This document shows, piece after piece, positions 1 through 22,430 of a stretch of DNA of 64,000 nucleotides (positions are counted from its first letter, which is position 1; each line of letters starts with the position of its first letter). A program made the position numbers and the translations under genes. The notes under the pieces are model-generated. The model did no database searches and had not been told where the DNA came from. It saw only the letters and a program-made list of their open reading frames with translations. The DNA lies in contig OZ234494.1 in the NCBI GenBank assembly GCA_965153455.1, forward strand, positions 11,904,001-11,968,000, in the 5' to 3' direction. Origin of the DNA: Sphagnum compactum. Lineage: Eukaryota.

Positions 1-592
1 GACCTTCAGACTTTTTTCCCTCTCCTTGAGTAAGTTGGTAGATAAATTGGTGAATGCAGTAAAGCAGATGCAAGGAGCTACTTATTTCGTTAGATTCCCA
101 GCTAATAGTCTCCACTATAGTCTCACTGAAATCACTTCAGTCACAATCAGCCTCATCCTCTCTCTGCTCTCCACAAAGTGATACAAGTCATACACTAATT
201 TCTACTTAGTTTGGAACTGTCAGGGGATCATGTCCAGTTCCAGGCCTGCCTTGTTCAAGTCACTGTTGCAAAGTTGTGAGGTGAATAGAAACAGGATCAA
301 CCCCAGTTCTATGTCTGACTGGTACGTATCAAGAGAAATCTTCACCCTGAAATCTCTCCTTTGAAAAGAACAAACATCAAATTGGTTTATCTAGAATTCA
401 TCTATGAGATTGTAGAGGGAAATTCACAACAAAACTTTTAAGGTGACACAAAGTACTGAAGGTTCATAGAAAATAATTGGATTCAAGAGGATCTAAGATT
501 AGCCTACAACCCTCAGACTTCATGACAACCAATCAGCCAGCCAGCCCCTACAATTTATGAACATAATGGTTGATGAGTGTTCCATGGCTACC

Positions 593-8934
<8,342 letters not shown>

Positions 8935-9402
8935 GGTTGCGGCGTCCAAAGTGCAAACCTCCTTCCTTCCCTCCCTCCCGCTCGCTGCGCTTCAAGCGTG
9001 GTCGACGATCATGACCGGCAAAAGCAACAAAACGAAAGGAACCGTCCCATTCGAAAACACAACAACAGTCACAAAACAAAAGAAGCTTCTTCCTCTCAGG
9101 TGTATATCATCAAACCCTAAACCTCAAATTCACCATAGTTTTCCTACTACTACTCCCCCACTTCCCACTTCCTTTGTGGTTCTTCTTCTTCTTCTTCTTC
9201 TTCTTCTTCCTCTTCAATTCTTATCAATTCCGGCAGCATCATCGTCGCTGCCGTGGCCGCTGTTCTTGGCCGACCATGTCCGATTCCGTAGACCCACAAT
9301 TGCGCACTTCCGATTCAGTTTCTCGTTTGCATGAGAGTTGTGAGGAAGCAGCCATCTGCGCTTCGCCTCTTCGTCGTCTCTTTGCGCTCTGTTGCACCCA
9401 AG

Positions 9403-10135
9403 CCTAATTGGACGGAATTTCAAATCCATAATATTTCATCCACATTATCATCCATCTAGAACTCCTAATTAGATGGAACTCCAAATACGTGATATTTTCA
9501 TCTGCATAATCATCCATCCAGAACTCCTAATTGGCCGGAATTACAAATACATGATATTCATCCACAAAATCATCCATTCAGAACCCCTTAGTGGATAGAA
9601 TTATAAATACCTAATATTTCATCCACATCATCAATCCATCCAGAACTCCTGATTAGATTACTCTAAATATGTAATATTTTCATCTGCATAATCATCCATC
9701 CAGAACTCCTAATTGGACGGAATTACAAATACATGATATTTCATCCACATAATCATCCATTCAGAACCCCTTAGTGGATAGAATTATCACTACATAATAT
9801 TTCATCCACATCATCAATCCATCCAGAACTCCTAATTAGATGGAACTCTAAATACGGAATATTTACCATCTGCATGATCATCCATCCAGAACTCCTAATT
9901 GGACAGAATTACGAATACATGCTATTTCATCCAAATAAATCACCATGCACAACTTTTCATTAGACAGAACTACAAATACATAACATTTCATCCACAAATC
10001 ATTCCATCCTGAACTCCTAATTGGACGGAACTACAAATACATGATATCTCATCCTCATAATCACCCATCCAGAACTCTGACCTCATTGGACGGAATTACA
10101 AATGCATAATATTTCATCCATGTTATCTAGAACTG
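9403..10135. repeat. Minisatellite, about 12 copies of a ~60 bp unit with a higher-order ~183 bp period
   Basis: Unit ATCCATCCAGAACTCCTAATTGGACGGAATTACAAATACATGATATTTCATCCACATAATC. The variant GAACCCCTTAGTGGATAGAATTAT occurs at 9581 and 9764. Confidence 0.93.
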
Positions 10136-12311
10136 CGTTTTGTCTCTATTAGCACATATAGAAGGGGGAATGTGCGGCACGACGACAATTGTCATCCACT
10201 TCATTCATCCATGTGTCTTTTTGTAGAGGTTCCTGCCATCACTTTTCTCATCCTCTTCTCCATATTTTGGACCATATGAAAAGCTGGTTAATGGTTTTTT
10301 TTTTAATGTTGTGATCACATTTTTAATGCTAAGTTGATGTTAAGAGACGAAAGTTTTTAATTGTTATAGCACAATGGCAAGTTCGACATTTCAATGTTGA
10401 ATAATTATTTTATTTTTGAAAATTCCATGTAGAAAATTAAAAATGTTTCAAAACATTTAAAAGATTTTTTTTTTTTAACCCAAAAAAAAAAAAAAGGTAG
10501 TTGTAAATGACCTTACATAATAACATAATAGGCTGACATGCTTTCAAGAAAAGTGTAATTCGAAGGCAAGCAAAATTAGTTGTTTGAAAAGCCCATCGTT
10601 GGTGTGTGTGTGTGTGTGTGTGTGTTTTTTTTTCCTTATCATATTAACAACATATCACCCCAAAAAAAAAGTAAAATTTTAAATTGTTGCAATTTGTATG
10701 CCATTTAAAGCTCTAATTAGGGTCAAGCTTTGTTGAATTCAAGCTTGCATTTAACTGCATCTCACAACACCACTATTCCATAAATCTTGGCCCTTCATGT
10801 TTTACATTACACATAATGGTGTCCAAATCACAATAATTTGATTCAATTCATCCATCAACCTAATGCAAATTGTTTGTGGTTTCAAAATCATGTCGTTGAC
10901 AAATGATAAAATAGGGGAAAACATTAAATACCTCATAATAAACTCTGTTTGGAATAGTGTTTTTTTTTCCAAATTCCTCAAATAGGTGCATTAGCTAGGA
11001 TCCTCAACAATAATTAGCAATAAATGGCAACTATTATGGTGGACTAGTAGATCTTTTTTGGAATCCTATTTAGTTATGGCAACCTACAAAAACACACTAT
11101 CTAAATATGAAGACTTCTAAGTTTTTTTGGTCAAGATATGGCGAATTTGTTTTTTAAAATCTCAAAAATCCCTTTGTTGGATTTGCTAGCCCTTTTTTTT
11201 TTTGTTAGGTTGCAAAAATTCGCCCAAAAAAGCATTGATTTGAAACCTATTTCTTGAACCCTACGTACTTTTGTGCACAAAGTGTTCTTCACAATCAACA
11301 ATTGTTATGTTAACGACCAAAGCAATTTATATGGTTTATTGTTCCTTGTCGAATTTGAACCCATGATTTTTGTGAGAGCATAAACAAGTATTTGTCATTA
11401 CATTATTTCTAGTCATTTACAACAATAGATTTTTTTTTTGGTTTTTTACTTTTTTTTGTAGAACATTAATCAAACCCTATGCAAAACCTTGCAAGGTGTC
11501 ACACTAACATTCAAACAATGTTCATTAAGAGGTATTTAGCATCTTCCACAAAATAATTATAACAACCTTCCATGTGTACTCTAAATATAGTATGCAAGAT
11601 AAAAAATCAATAAATTTGTTCAAACGCATTACACATTTAGAAAACAATCAAGTTTTATTGCCATAGAAGTGTGATTCTTTAACACAATGCCAAAATGAAA
11701 AAACCGTAAATCAATCTCCTGGTTAAGTTTGATGACACACATTTAAAATTTTGAGGTTTTGTTAATCCAATGCATTTTATCATTCAAATTATCCTCATTC
11801 TTAATAACCCTCAAGTTGGATTCATCAAGATTCTATTATCAAGCATAACCTGATTTGCACCAAGTTGTTGGTATTACAATTTTCATTACTAAACAAGTTT
11901 TATTTAATCTTTAAATGATTAAATGCCAATCTTGAAACTTGGACAAGAAACTTGATGATCTTAGGAATGCACACCCCCATAATCATCAAATGGTATCCAC
12001 GGCAATTCTTGATTTTGGAAAAGAAAAATTCAGAAATCGAGGCATATTCCTTTAAACATTGTGACCAAAACCAAAAAGGGTGCAACCTTTGAGATGCTTA
12101 ATACAAACTTGGAAAATTCTCCATGAACACCTTTTGTCCAATTCAACTGCACAAATAATTAAAATAAACAATGAATGCAATTGGAACCAAAACAAGGTCA
12201 CACACTCATAATGGAGTCACAAAAACTTCACCCAAACAATTATGGGAAGCATTATTCACCCTATATTATATTTCATAATTCACCATGGGACTAAATTTTA
12301 TTGGTATTCCA

Positions 12312-15132
12312 TTAGTACAAAAATGAGGTGTAGTTCATCAATTTAAATCATTATAGGACCTTTAAAATGAAACAAATTCACCTTACCATAGTCATTTCAT
12401 TTTTATTAAAGTTATGTCATTATAGGGCCAACATGTAATCATCATATTTCATTACTAGTTGACATATTTCATTATAAATTGAAAATAATTCATTATAATA
12501 AATAGGTTTATTTTGATGTTGTTATTTTATATACCTTAGGTTATTATACCCTCTATTATTATACCCTATAAAATATCTTAGGATATATTTTAGGTTATTT
12601 TACATTATTCTATCCTATGATATTTTGTATCTTAAGTTATTATAGGTTAAACTATAAATTATTCTAGGTTATACATTAGGTTATTCATGGATTATTCTAT
12701 GTTATACCTTAGGTTAATTTAGGTTATTATGTGTTATACCATAGACTATTTTAACTTAGGATTTTCTATTATAAGAAAAAATTTCATTTGCAATCAAATT
12801 TTATAATGATAAAATGTTGTCTATAATTATTTTTATTGGTTACAAACAAAAAAAAATCTTCTATTCTTTTAGGTCATTATACCTTAAGTTATTTTCAGTT
12901 ATATTACCTAAGGTTATTCAAGGTTATTTAAGGTCATTTTTCTTTATTCTATTTTTTTTTTTATCATATGTTATTATATAAAATATTATACATTACATTA
13001 TTTCACGTTATTTTAATTTATTCAACCTTAACTTAAAATATCCTAAGATATAATAGCCTACAACAAAATAAATTAAAATAATTGAAAATAGCTTAAAGTG
13101 GAACAATTGAAATAACATAAGGTTGAATAACCTAGAATATTTTACAATAGCATAGAATAGTTTAAAATGAAATAACTTAAAATAATAAAAGATGGCCTAA
13201 AGTACAATAATGTAGAATATCCTAAAATACATTATGCCAAAAATGCCATTTTATGAATAGTTATATATGACTACAAGTGAATAAGTGACTAAAAATGGCA
13301 TAAATGACAAGTCCAAATCAATTACAAATGGCATAAGCAACTAGTATAATTGATAAAGACCAATCATATAATGGTGGTTTTGGCATAGTGGTGTAATGGC
13401 CTTAAATAACCTAAAATGGAATAACCTATGATAATTAAGAATAAAATAGGGTAGAATAACTTAAAATAATCTAAAGTGAAATAGCCAAAAATATTTTAAG
13501 GTATAATAATTTGAAATAGATTAAAATGAAATAACCCAAATTAACCTCAAAAAACCAAAATTAGCTTATTAAAGTGGAATATTGTCAAATAACCAAAAAT
13601 CATCTTGAATAGTTTAGTGTGAAATAATTTGGAATAACCAAAAATAACATAGGGTAAAATAACTTAATATAATTTAAGGTGGAATAACTTAAAATGACTT
13701 GTCACAGATGCCAAAACCATGGAATTCATTCATATGAATGTTTATCTATAACTTATAATCAATTTATACCTAATTCGTAATTTAATTTCAATTCATTTTT
13801 AATTATTTGTTAATTAATTTTCAATTAGATTCTAGTTAACTTTTAGTTCATTTGTAATTATCCTTTAATTCATTTTTAATTAATTTTAAGTTCATTTCTA
13901 GTTAATTTTTAATTAATTCATAATTAAATCTTAGTTCACCTTTAATTCATTCTTAATTAATTCATAATTCATTATTGATTTCCACATGGATGAACATAGG
14001 CCACACATGGGTGCACATGGATCACACTTGGGTAAACGTGGGTCACATATAAGTTAGAGGTTTTTTTATAAGCTTATTTGAATTATGTGTTTAATGGGTA
14101 TAAATAGAGGTAGAATCCCACATTACCTTTAATTTGTTCAACATTAGTTTAGGGTACATATCTTTGTAATAATCTTATTATGTTTTTGTCATACTTTTTT
14201 GTAATAAAATATTTTTTGTCTTCACATCGTGCACACATCATCCAAGTCATGGAATTACTAACGTACAAATTTAACTTATGATATTCTACACATAGCCTAG
14301 GAATGGCTTAAAATAATTTACACTACCCTATGAATAACTTAAAGTATATTGCATTAATCTAAAAATATCCTAAAATAACTTACCTTAATTTAAGATTCAT
14401 TGAAATTACCCTATATTAATTTAGGAATAACCTAAAATAATTTACACTAACTTAAGAATAACCTAAAATAATTTACACCAACCTAAGAATAACTTAGGAT
14501 TAATTTAGGAATGTAACCTATGGTAACCTACAAATAGCCTTGGGTAGCTTACATTAATTTTAAAATAGTTAGCGTAACTTATTAATATCCTAAACTACAT
14601 AAGTATATAACATAGGGTAACAGGTAACATAAGTAGGAAAAATATTTAAGGTAGATACTTACGTAGGTTAGGAAAAGAATGTCCATAATGATATATGATG
14701 ACAAATGATTTCATTTATTTAAATAGTGGTCCAATGGTTAAAGATTTATTTCTTGAACATGCAAATGAAGGGAGGTGACAGGTTCAAACTTTCACACTTG
14801 CATCTTAAAGTTAATGAATTAGGTGGGTTAAAATACTAGTTTTGATTAAATGACATAGACTAGTTTAAGTTTTTAGCCAAATGTTTATTAGTGCCTAATT
14901 TGGTTTAATTTGGGTTCCTATGTGCCTGATTGAACCTAACTTGGGTTCTTAATCTAACCTAACTATAAACAAAAAAATAATTTATTGAATTAACTATTAA
15001 TGAATTCATTTGTCCATAACTATTGGTCTTCATTTATTAGGGGTTGACCATTTTCATCATGATAAATTTGTTCAAGTTGATTCAAATTTTAATGAAATAA
15101 AAAATGAATTTGGTCGTATTTTTTTTGTAGTG
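12312..15132. mobile_element. Degenerate non-autonomous CACTA-like element
   Basis: Right end TTTTTTGTAGTG (15121-15132) is the reverse complement of CACTACAAAAAA. The left end is degenerate (TAGTACAAAAA). The interior is very AT-rich, with TAGGTTATT and AATAACCTA motif arrays. Confidence 0.45.
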
Positions 15133-16756
15133 TTCTTTCACAATGTTAATGCATTTTTGCTAAAATGAACCAAATGTGTTCACTTGAGGTGGGTCCTTAT
15201 AAATAGTGGATAATTTATTCAATATGATTGGTCATTTATAGAAAATATTTCTAAAATCATGATTTACATGTTGAATAGAGATTCTTTTAGTGTTTATGGT
15301 CAAAAACATGTTACATTTTATTATTATGTAAAGGGGCATTTTTTTAAATTCCTAAATATGTCATTCAATTAATTCTTAATTAACTTAGGTCCATTAAATG
15401 ATGAAAATACATATTGCAAAATATTTTAAATGTTTTTGAATATTCCATATTCATTAAATTCATTTCAAACTTTTACAAATGATCTTACAATACATTAAGA
15501 ATATTATTGCACAAGTTCATTAAAAAATTCAATGTTAAATTAATTTATGATTTAAAACAATGAAAAACTAAACATTTGTTACATTAAGATTGACTAATTT
15601 ATGCAAAAACACAACCACCTTTTCTTGAAATTCAAAAATCTTATTTTCTTTCAACCTTAAAGGCTCATAACTTGCTTGAAACATCTATCCACTTAGGAAG
15701 GTTGATTCTTTATTTTGTTTGTCACGTTGAGATCTCCCCAAACTAAAGTGCCCCCAACCGTGTGTTAGGTACCATTGAAAAGCCCTTGATAAGTGGGGGG
15801 TGTTATTGAAATAATGTTTTCCAAAAAAAATCAACAAAATAAAAAACTAAAAAAATAATGGGGATCTGGGTGCACTCATGGTATTGTTGGAAAGCCCTTG
15901 ATAAGGGAGATTTTTTGGAGGTGATTTCATAATTTTCATAAATAGGGTATAGGAAATATTGAATTTTGAGTCATTTTCATCTCCGAAAATTGAATTACAA
16001 AACCAGGTTTGAAAGGACAAATTAGTCAAATAACAAGTTCACACTTGGGCCAATGGCATAGGCCACACTATTTTTCTTAACATGTGAATACATTTTGTAG
16101 CCTTTGCAACAAGCTTTTCAACCCCGCATGAAGATCTTGAATCGGACATAATTTGGAGTTCAAATGGACCTTTGAAAGCTTAGGAATCATTTTGATGATT
16201 CTTGTCACAACCTTTTTGAGCCTACATTATTTTCTTAATTTCGTCTTTGATTTGACATTCGGAGCCTATTAAGTTATAGTTTGCACCAAGAGCTTTTAAA
16301 TAATTTTGATTTTGAGATATTTTGACCCTTGAAATTGTCACATTAAAAAAGTTCAAACTCCTCAAAAATCCCAACTCTCAAAAGTGTGAATCTAACATGG
16401 GTGATCTTCAAAGTCTTTTCCCTTAATTTCATGAATCAATTGTGAGCAATCGCAAATCACAAAACATCCATAGTCAAAAAATCCATTTGAAATCACAATC
16501 ATGAACGTGCCTAGAACTTCAGGTGCACCGGCATTCAAATATCTGCGCCCTGAGTTCTTGTTGCATTTACAGTAGCAACAGGAAGACTCTGTCATGATGT
16601 TAGCTTTGCACTCATGAGACAACAATTCAGTTTTTGCATGTGCACATCCTCTAGATCATGATTTAAGAGCAAAAGATCTAGATTTTTCAAATAGAATATG
16701 TGAATTGACCTAACTGGTTAGCTATTACTATGGTAAGCTATACGTACAAGGTTGCT

Positions 16757-18659
16757 TTACGCCCAGATAGCAATAACAGACATGGCTCCAGCTCCAAGGA
16801 ACAGAGCTGCGTAAGAGAAGATCTGCAGCTGGTAATTACATCGCATGCGCTTGCTAAGAAAGTCAGCTGCAATCAAATCCACCAGTGACATGTACACAAG
16901 TATTCCTGCAGATATGGAATCAAAAATTCCTTCCACAATTAAGGCCCTAGGACTGTTGTCATTGTAACTTGAAGCAATTCCTAATCCAATTGCAATTCCT
17001 CCTGGAGTGGTGACTGCAAAGAAAAATGCCATGATCGCAGCCGACAGGGTCTTGTAACCTGCCTGTTGATGGAACCCCACCCCAAATAATGTCATGCAGC
17101 TTACAGGAATGACACTTCACATTTCTCATCACTCAGTGTAGATATGACTAAAATGTTTCAATGCCAGAGTATGTTGTGCACATTTCACCTGCCAAGCTAG
17201 ATTGCTGAGAGACAGTGGAAGTAAAACAAACCTGAGAGATGCAGCCACCCAGGGCAAAGCCCTCAAAAAATTGATGGAATGTAAGAGCAGCAATTAGTGG
17301 TCGCACTGTGCAGGGACTATTTGATACTCCTAGTGCTATTCCAATTATCACTGAATGTGCAACAATACCCAACTCCAAGACCTGAAGATTTTGCAATGAA
17401 GGAACATGATGATCAGAAGTCAATTGAAACCAGGGCTCAAAAATCCTATGTCTCCTACAACGCCAAAAAGTCAGTGCCAGAAAGTGAGCTCATATGGCAA
17501 GAAGGGCAGAAAAGCATAACTTTGAAGAAGGTGCAATTACAACAGACTTACCTGTGCAATAACTACATGCCTAATCCGCGCTAAACCTTCATCCGATATA
17601 GGACCTGCTCCATGTGTATGACCAAGATTGCCATTCGTATGGGCATGGGTGATTTCTGCACAATCATGGTGGCCTTCAGGATGGCTATGACCATGGGCAG
17701 CTGCATGGGCATGCATCCCCACTATGTGTACCCACTTGTCACTATTTTCCTGTTTCTCTGCATCATCCACTTTCTCAGTCCCCTCTGCCAAGGTAGGCTC
17801 CTGGAATACTCCTGTTTAAACAACTACAAACCATCATCAGCTCTGGCTTATCAAGACAGCAGGAACTGTTGCAGCTGCCTCAAAAACTGGAAATTGATCA
17901 ATCTACCATCTCAGAGAACAGGACCCTAGGAATTTGTAAGAAATAGATGAATTATATCACAACATGTGGTAAACAAGTGCTCTGGACAAGTTGGGTTTCA
18001 AGACGACTGTGAGGAATTGATGAAAAGTGTTTCATTGGAGACATGGCAGAGAGTAGGACAGGGCAGTTGTAGTTTGGACATTAAGGAACCCGAACAACTC
18101 CATGATGAATGCACTGAGATATTCACCAATCATGAAGCATGACATTAGATGGACAGATAATCAAAGACTGCAAAAAACTCTTGAATGCAATACAGAAATT
18201 AATCCACTTATGACGAGCATTGATTGCAATTTTACCAGCATCCACAGGTGCATCCCCCCAATTTTTCCTCTCGCCTCTACGAGATTGAAGCCTTTCATAG
18301 AACTCAGTCGCACCAAAGTCAACAAGCAACGTCGCAAGTGCCGCAACCATGGCAAAAAACCCAAAGAATGGGAATTTGGACCATGGATGATCAGGCAGGC
18401 AGCTACTGGTTAGAGCACCTGCAGCATCTGGTAACATGTGCACAAACCCTGTCGCCAAAATGACCCCAGCTGCAAATGCTTTTGCGATGAAGAAGGTATT
18501 TCCATCTGTCCTTAGCAATGTGAAGCGCTGACCATGAATGGGCAACAACACACCAAGAGTACTGGCTGTCAGTATTACAGCGATTGCTGCTACTTTGAGA
18601 TGTAATGCTCCTACTTTGTCATAACACGCCAATTGCGTTTCTGGACCACAATCTGTCAT
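16757..18659 (-). CDS. ZIP-family zinc/iron transporter, ZIP4/IRT3-like
   Basis: Exons 18236-18659 (acceptor at 18675), 17552-17811, 17232-17381 and 16757-17062 join in frame. Motifs: [19 protein letters not shown], a His-rich loop, [40 protein letters not shown] probable 5' exon lies near 19340-19480. Confidence 0.95.
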
Positions 18660-19789
18660 CCTTGCTGCTTGTGCCCTGCAACGAAATATTCCCACTGGTG
18701 TAGAGTTAGAAAAGCCTGTGCCCTAATTGCATGAAGCTTAGTGGTTAAGTGCATCAGCAAACCGAAGTACTATGCCTGTGCAGATAGTTAAAAGAAACAC
18801 ATAAAAAACCAGCATGAACTCTAAATTACCATCATCTCCTCCTGTCAACCTCCAGAATGAAGTCAATTTCCAAAATAAGCAATTCACCAAAAGATTGAGC
18901 TCACAGAAACCTCATGACAGAGCAAGTTTCCTAGCCTATCTCCAGAGGATCCATTGATTCCAGTAGCACAAAACCTCTCTAAACCACTTCAAACAAGGAT
19001 GAACAAAACACATACATTCTCGGCTCTCCTCCATCAACAAAAAAAATTTCACATGTCTTTCAAACATAACAGAAACCTCATTAAAAAATAAAAAATTTCA
19101 AACTTACAAAAAACTTGAAAGATGGCATGAATATATCAGCAGCTTATTATTATTATTATTATGGCACACATTATTATTATTATTATTATTATATCGTCTA
19201 AGGCCAAAACAAACTAACTACAAACCAAAAATTCACAGAAAAAATGAAATGTTAAAAAAATTTAAACTAAAAAGAATTGAGCAACTTAATCATCATCTAC
19301 CATTAAGAGAGAGATCGATCGGCAAACGAAAGAACGTACCCTGATGAGTAAGAATACAGAGAGCAAGCTTTTGGCGGCTAGATTAAGCTGCTGCTGCTGC
19401 TGCGACAGTCGTGAGCGAACGAGGAGTACAATTGACGAGAGAACAAGAGAGAACAAGGTTTTTCATATTCATGGCGGAAACAAAAAGCTGATGAGGAGGA
19501 GAGAGTAAGAGCAAAGCGAGAGCCAGCAAGCGGGGTGTGGTGGGGGGGGGGGGGGGGGGGGGGGGGGAAATGGCGTCATTCGGGTGTCGCAGCGAGCAAT
19601 CAAGTGCAAAGAATGCCACAGGAAAAGCCTGACTTCGCTTCTCCGGGAACTGTTCACTCTTACAATGACAACATCCTCTTGAGAGTGGGCTCCCCACTTT
19701 AGTTACAACATTGGCGCCACACAAACAGCCTCTTAGAGAGTGGGCCCCCGCCACTTGCAGAGTGGGGCAGCCCACTTTGCCTTGGGCGA

Positions 19790-20001
19790 ACCAGCCAGCC
19801 ACTTTGGTTCAGCCAGCCAATTTATTACACTCTTTTTGGGAGGTGCACAACTTTGTAGCACCCTTTACCAGCCACGGCAAGCTGCACAAATTTGGTGCAG
19901 AAAAAAAAAACCAATGTCCTGAGCTAAACCGGCACATTTTGACTTTTCCACAATAAATTTTACTGTCTGGAGTCACATACTGAGCACCGTTGGAGATGCT
20001 C
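19790..20001. mobile_element. Partial (right-half) copy of the Tourist/PIF-Harbinger-like MITE
   Basis: Ends GTCACATACTGAGCACCGTTGGAGATGCTC followed by TAA, and aligns by eye to 26480-26660. Confidence 0.7.
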
Positions 20002-22430
20002 TAATATGGTCATTAAGAGGCCATACTGAAAAAGGTCAAGGTACGACACCACTAGTGAAAGCTCAGTGGTATATATATATATATATAGCCCATTATGAGA
20101 CCTTAAAACCTCCAAAAATGTCTCAAGTTCAAACCCAGTGGTATGCCAGGTGAATTCCACCCTTGTCAATGAGCGCAACCCTCTTCTGGCCAAATGCACC
20201 CTTTTCATGTTTTCCATGCATTTTCTCTTTCTTTATAAAAAGGTTGGATTGATTGCCATACTTATGGCTAAGAATTCGACATAGCTCTTGTTAAAATATT
20301 TTATTATTGTTGAAATAGCTCTTGAGGTTCAACAATTCCAATTTTCATATATTAGGAGTATAAAAAAGTGCACCTTATGGTTTGCATTTGTAATGGTATC
20401 CCAATGGTTGGGATCAATGTTGGATGGGTATCACAAAAATGGGTGAGAATTAGTCATAGTTTGGGATATCTGGAACAATTATAGAATTAATCCTTAGGTA
20501 ATGTCTGGTTCTCAAACTAATAGAGGTTTAAAATTTCAATAATAGGCAGAGATTAGTAATTGGAATTGAACTCAAGAGCTCCATGAGATCAAAGAAATCC
20601 TTTACCACTAAACCCTTAAGGTTTAATCCTTATACAATAAAACCCTTTTATAATCACGCCCTTGGTGACCATTTTTTTTCGTGACACTAATAAATTATGA
20701 TTTAAACATGTATAGTCATATTTGATATAAACTTTTACAAGATTGTGACTATAAGAAAAAAAAAACTTACAAAAAAACCCTTTTATGCTAGAATATAAAT
20801 GTGCCAATTGTTTAAATTTTTTATTTGGGTTATTTTAAGTTCTACTATGCATTACTAGACTTGAAAAAGGTTTTGATTTCTGCCTTTTATGTGATGATTT
20901 ACATTGAGTTTGAGCTCCTTAACTATTACCTTATATATCTTGTCAATTATATTTTCTTAATTAAGATTTTCTGCTTTCTTAACAAGTTCGCATATATTTT
21001 GCTTATTTGCATTAGAAAGTTGTTTTTTCTTTTTTCTTCAATTGGATTCATTGTTGTTAGTTTGCACAACTTGAATACAAAGCAACACGAACATTGCCAA
21101 AGGGAACTACAATTTACAAAACTCTTATATTTATATGAGGTTTACCCATTATAGTCAGATTTACAAAAAAAAAATTTGCAAATATTTTGTGCTACTAACA
21201 AGTGCGATAGTACCTCTAAAAAATGGTGTTTTTTACTGAAATGGATGGTTATCAAAAAATGTGTAACACAAACAAGAATGTGACTAAAATGGGCATGATT
21301 ATAAAGGGGGTTTATTATATGAAGCATACTTTTTTTTCAAAAACATTTGAATGTTTGAAAAAAAAATTTTAACATCAAGAATGTTTCATCATTATTTTTA
21401 TTATTGTACACCAAGCTCAAGAAATAAATTTTCAAATTTTCCTCACAATCATATTTTTAAGCTTTGAATATTACACCAACAAGTGGAATGGAGGCCTAAA
21501 AGTTTATGTACTTGTTCATTCTATTCTTTACATCTATTTGTTTGGGGATTCTTATGGGTTACAATATTACTACATGAGTAGTTTATCAATTTGCTTGGAA
21601 ATGCATTTATTTAGGCTAGTAAGTTAGGTTAAATGAAAATAAAACTTACAACCAAAATGTTATATTATTAGGTCATATCCTTTATATATGTGGGTGACTT
21701 GGTGGCAAGTTGCGCATGGGAAAAGGAGGGATTAATGTGGTCGTTAAAGGGCCTTCCATCCACCCATGGACAATACCCCAAAGCTTAGTCCTTGTTTTGA
21801 AAATTAAATTGGAATTATTTTAATTCTTGTTCCACACATAAACATAATGAAAAATCTGATTTCAAATCTGATTTCAGATCAAATCGATTTTTTAAAATTA
21901 AAATTTAGGTTTTGATTATGAAAATTAATCATTATTCCAATCTAGTTCTTACTAATGAGAAGGAATTAGTGATTAACAAGCAATTAAATTTTTTAATTAT
22001 TTGTTAATTTGATTCCACTGAATCAGAAACAAACTTAAGATACTTAATCATTGAATTTTTTTGTTCCACATACAATGGAATTGGATTTTTGAATTCAATC
22101 CCCCTTTTTTTAGAAATAAGAATTCATGTTTTGGTTTGATCTAAAAATTAATTTCAATTCAAATCGATTTTTTACTAATTACAACTAGAACTGTATATTG
22201 GTTCTTTCATTTGGTGAATATTCAACCACCATTAGAGATTATTAGTGTTGGGAGGCATTGTTTTTTCAAAACTTAAAACTATTTAGTAAGTGTAAGGTAT
22301 ATGACTACCTTTTATGGACAATTCCAAAAAATCAAAAAATCAGTTGTGATATTTGATTAAGAATTTTCATCAAACTAGTTTTAACCTTTCACTAAGGGTT
22401 TTCAAATTTCAAAGAAGTAGGTTGAAAACA

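Noticed and set aside
9403-10135. CRISPR-like array
   Set aside because: The whole unit repeats with no unique spacers, there are no cas genes, and the context is eukaryotic.
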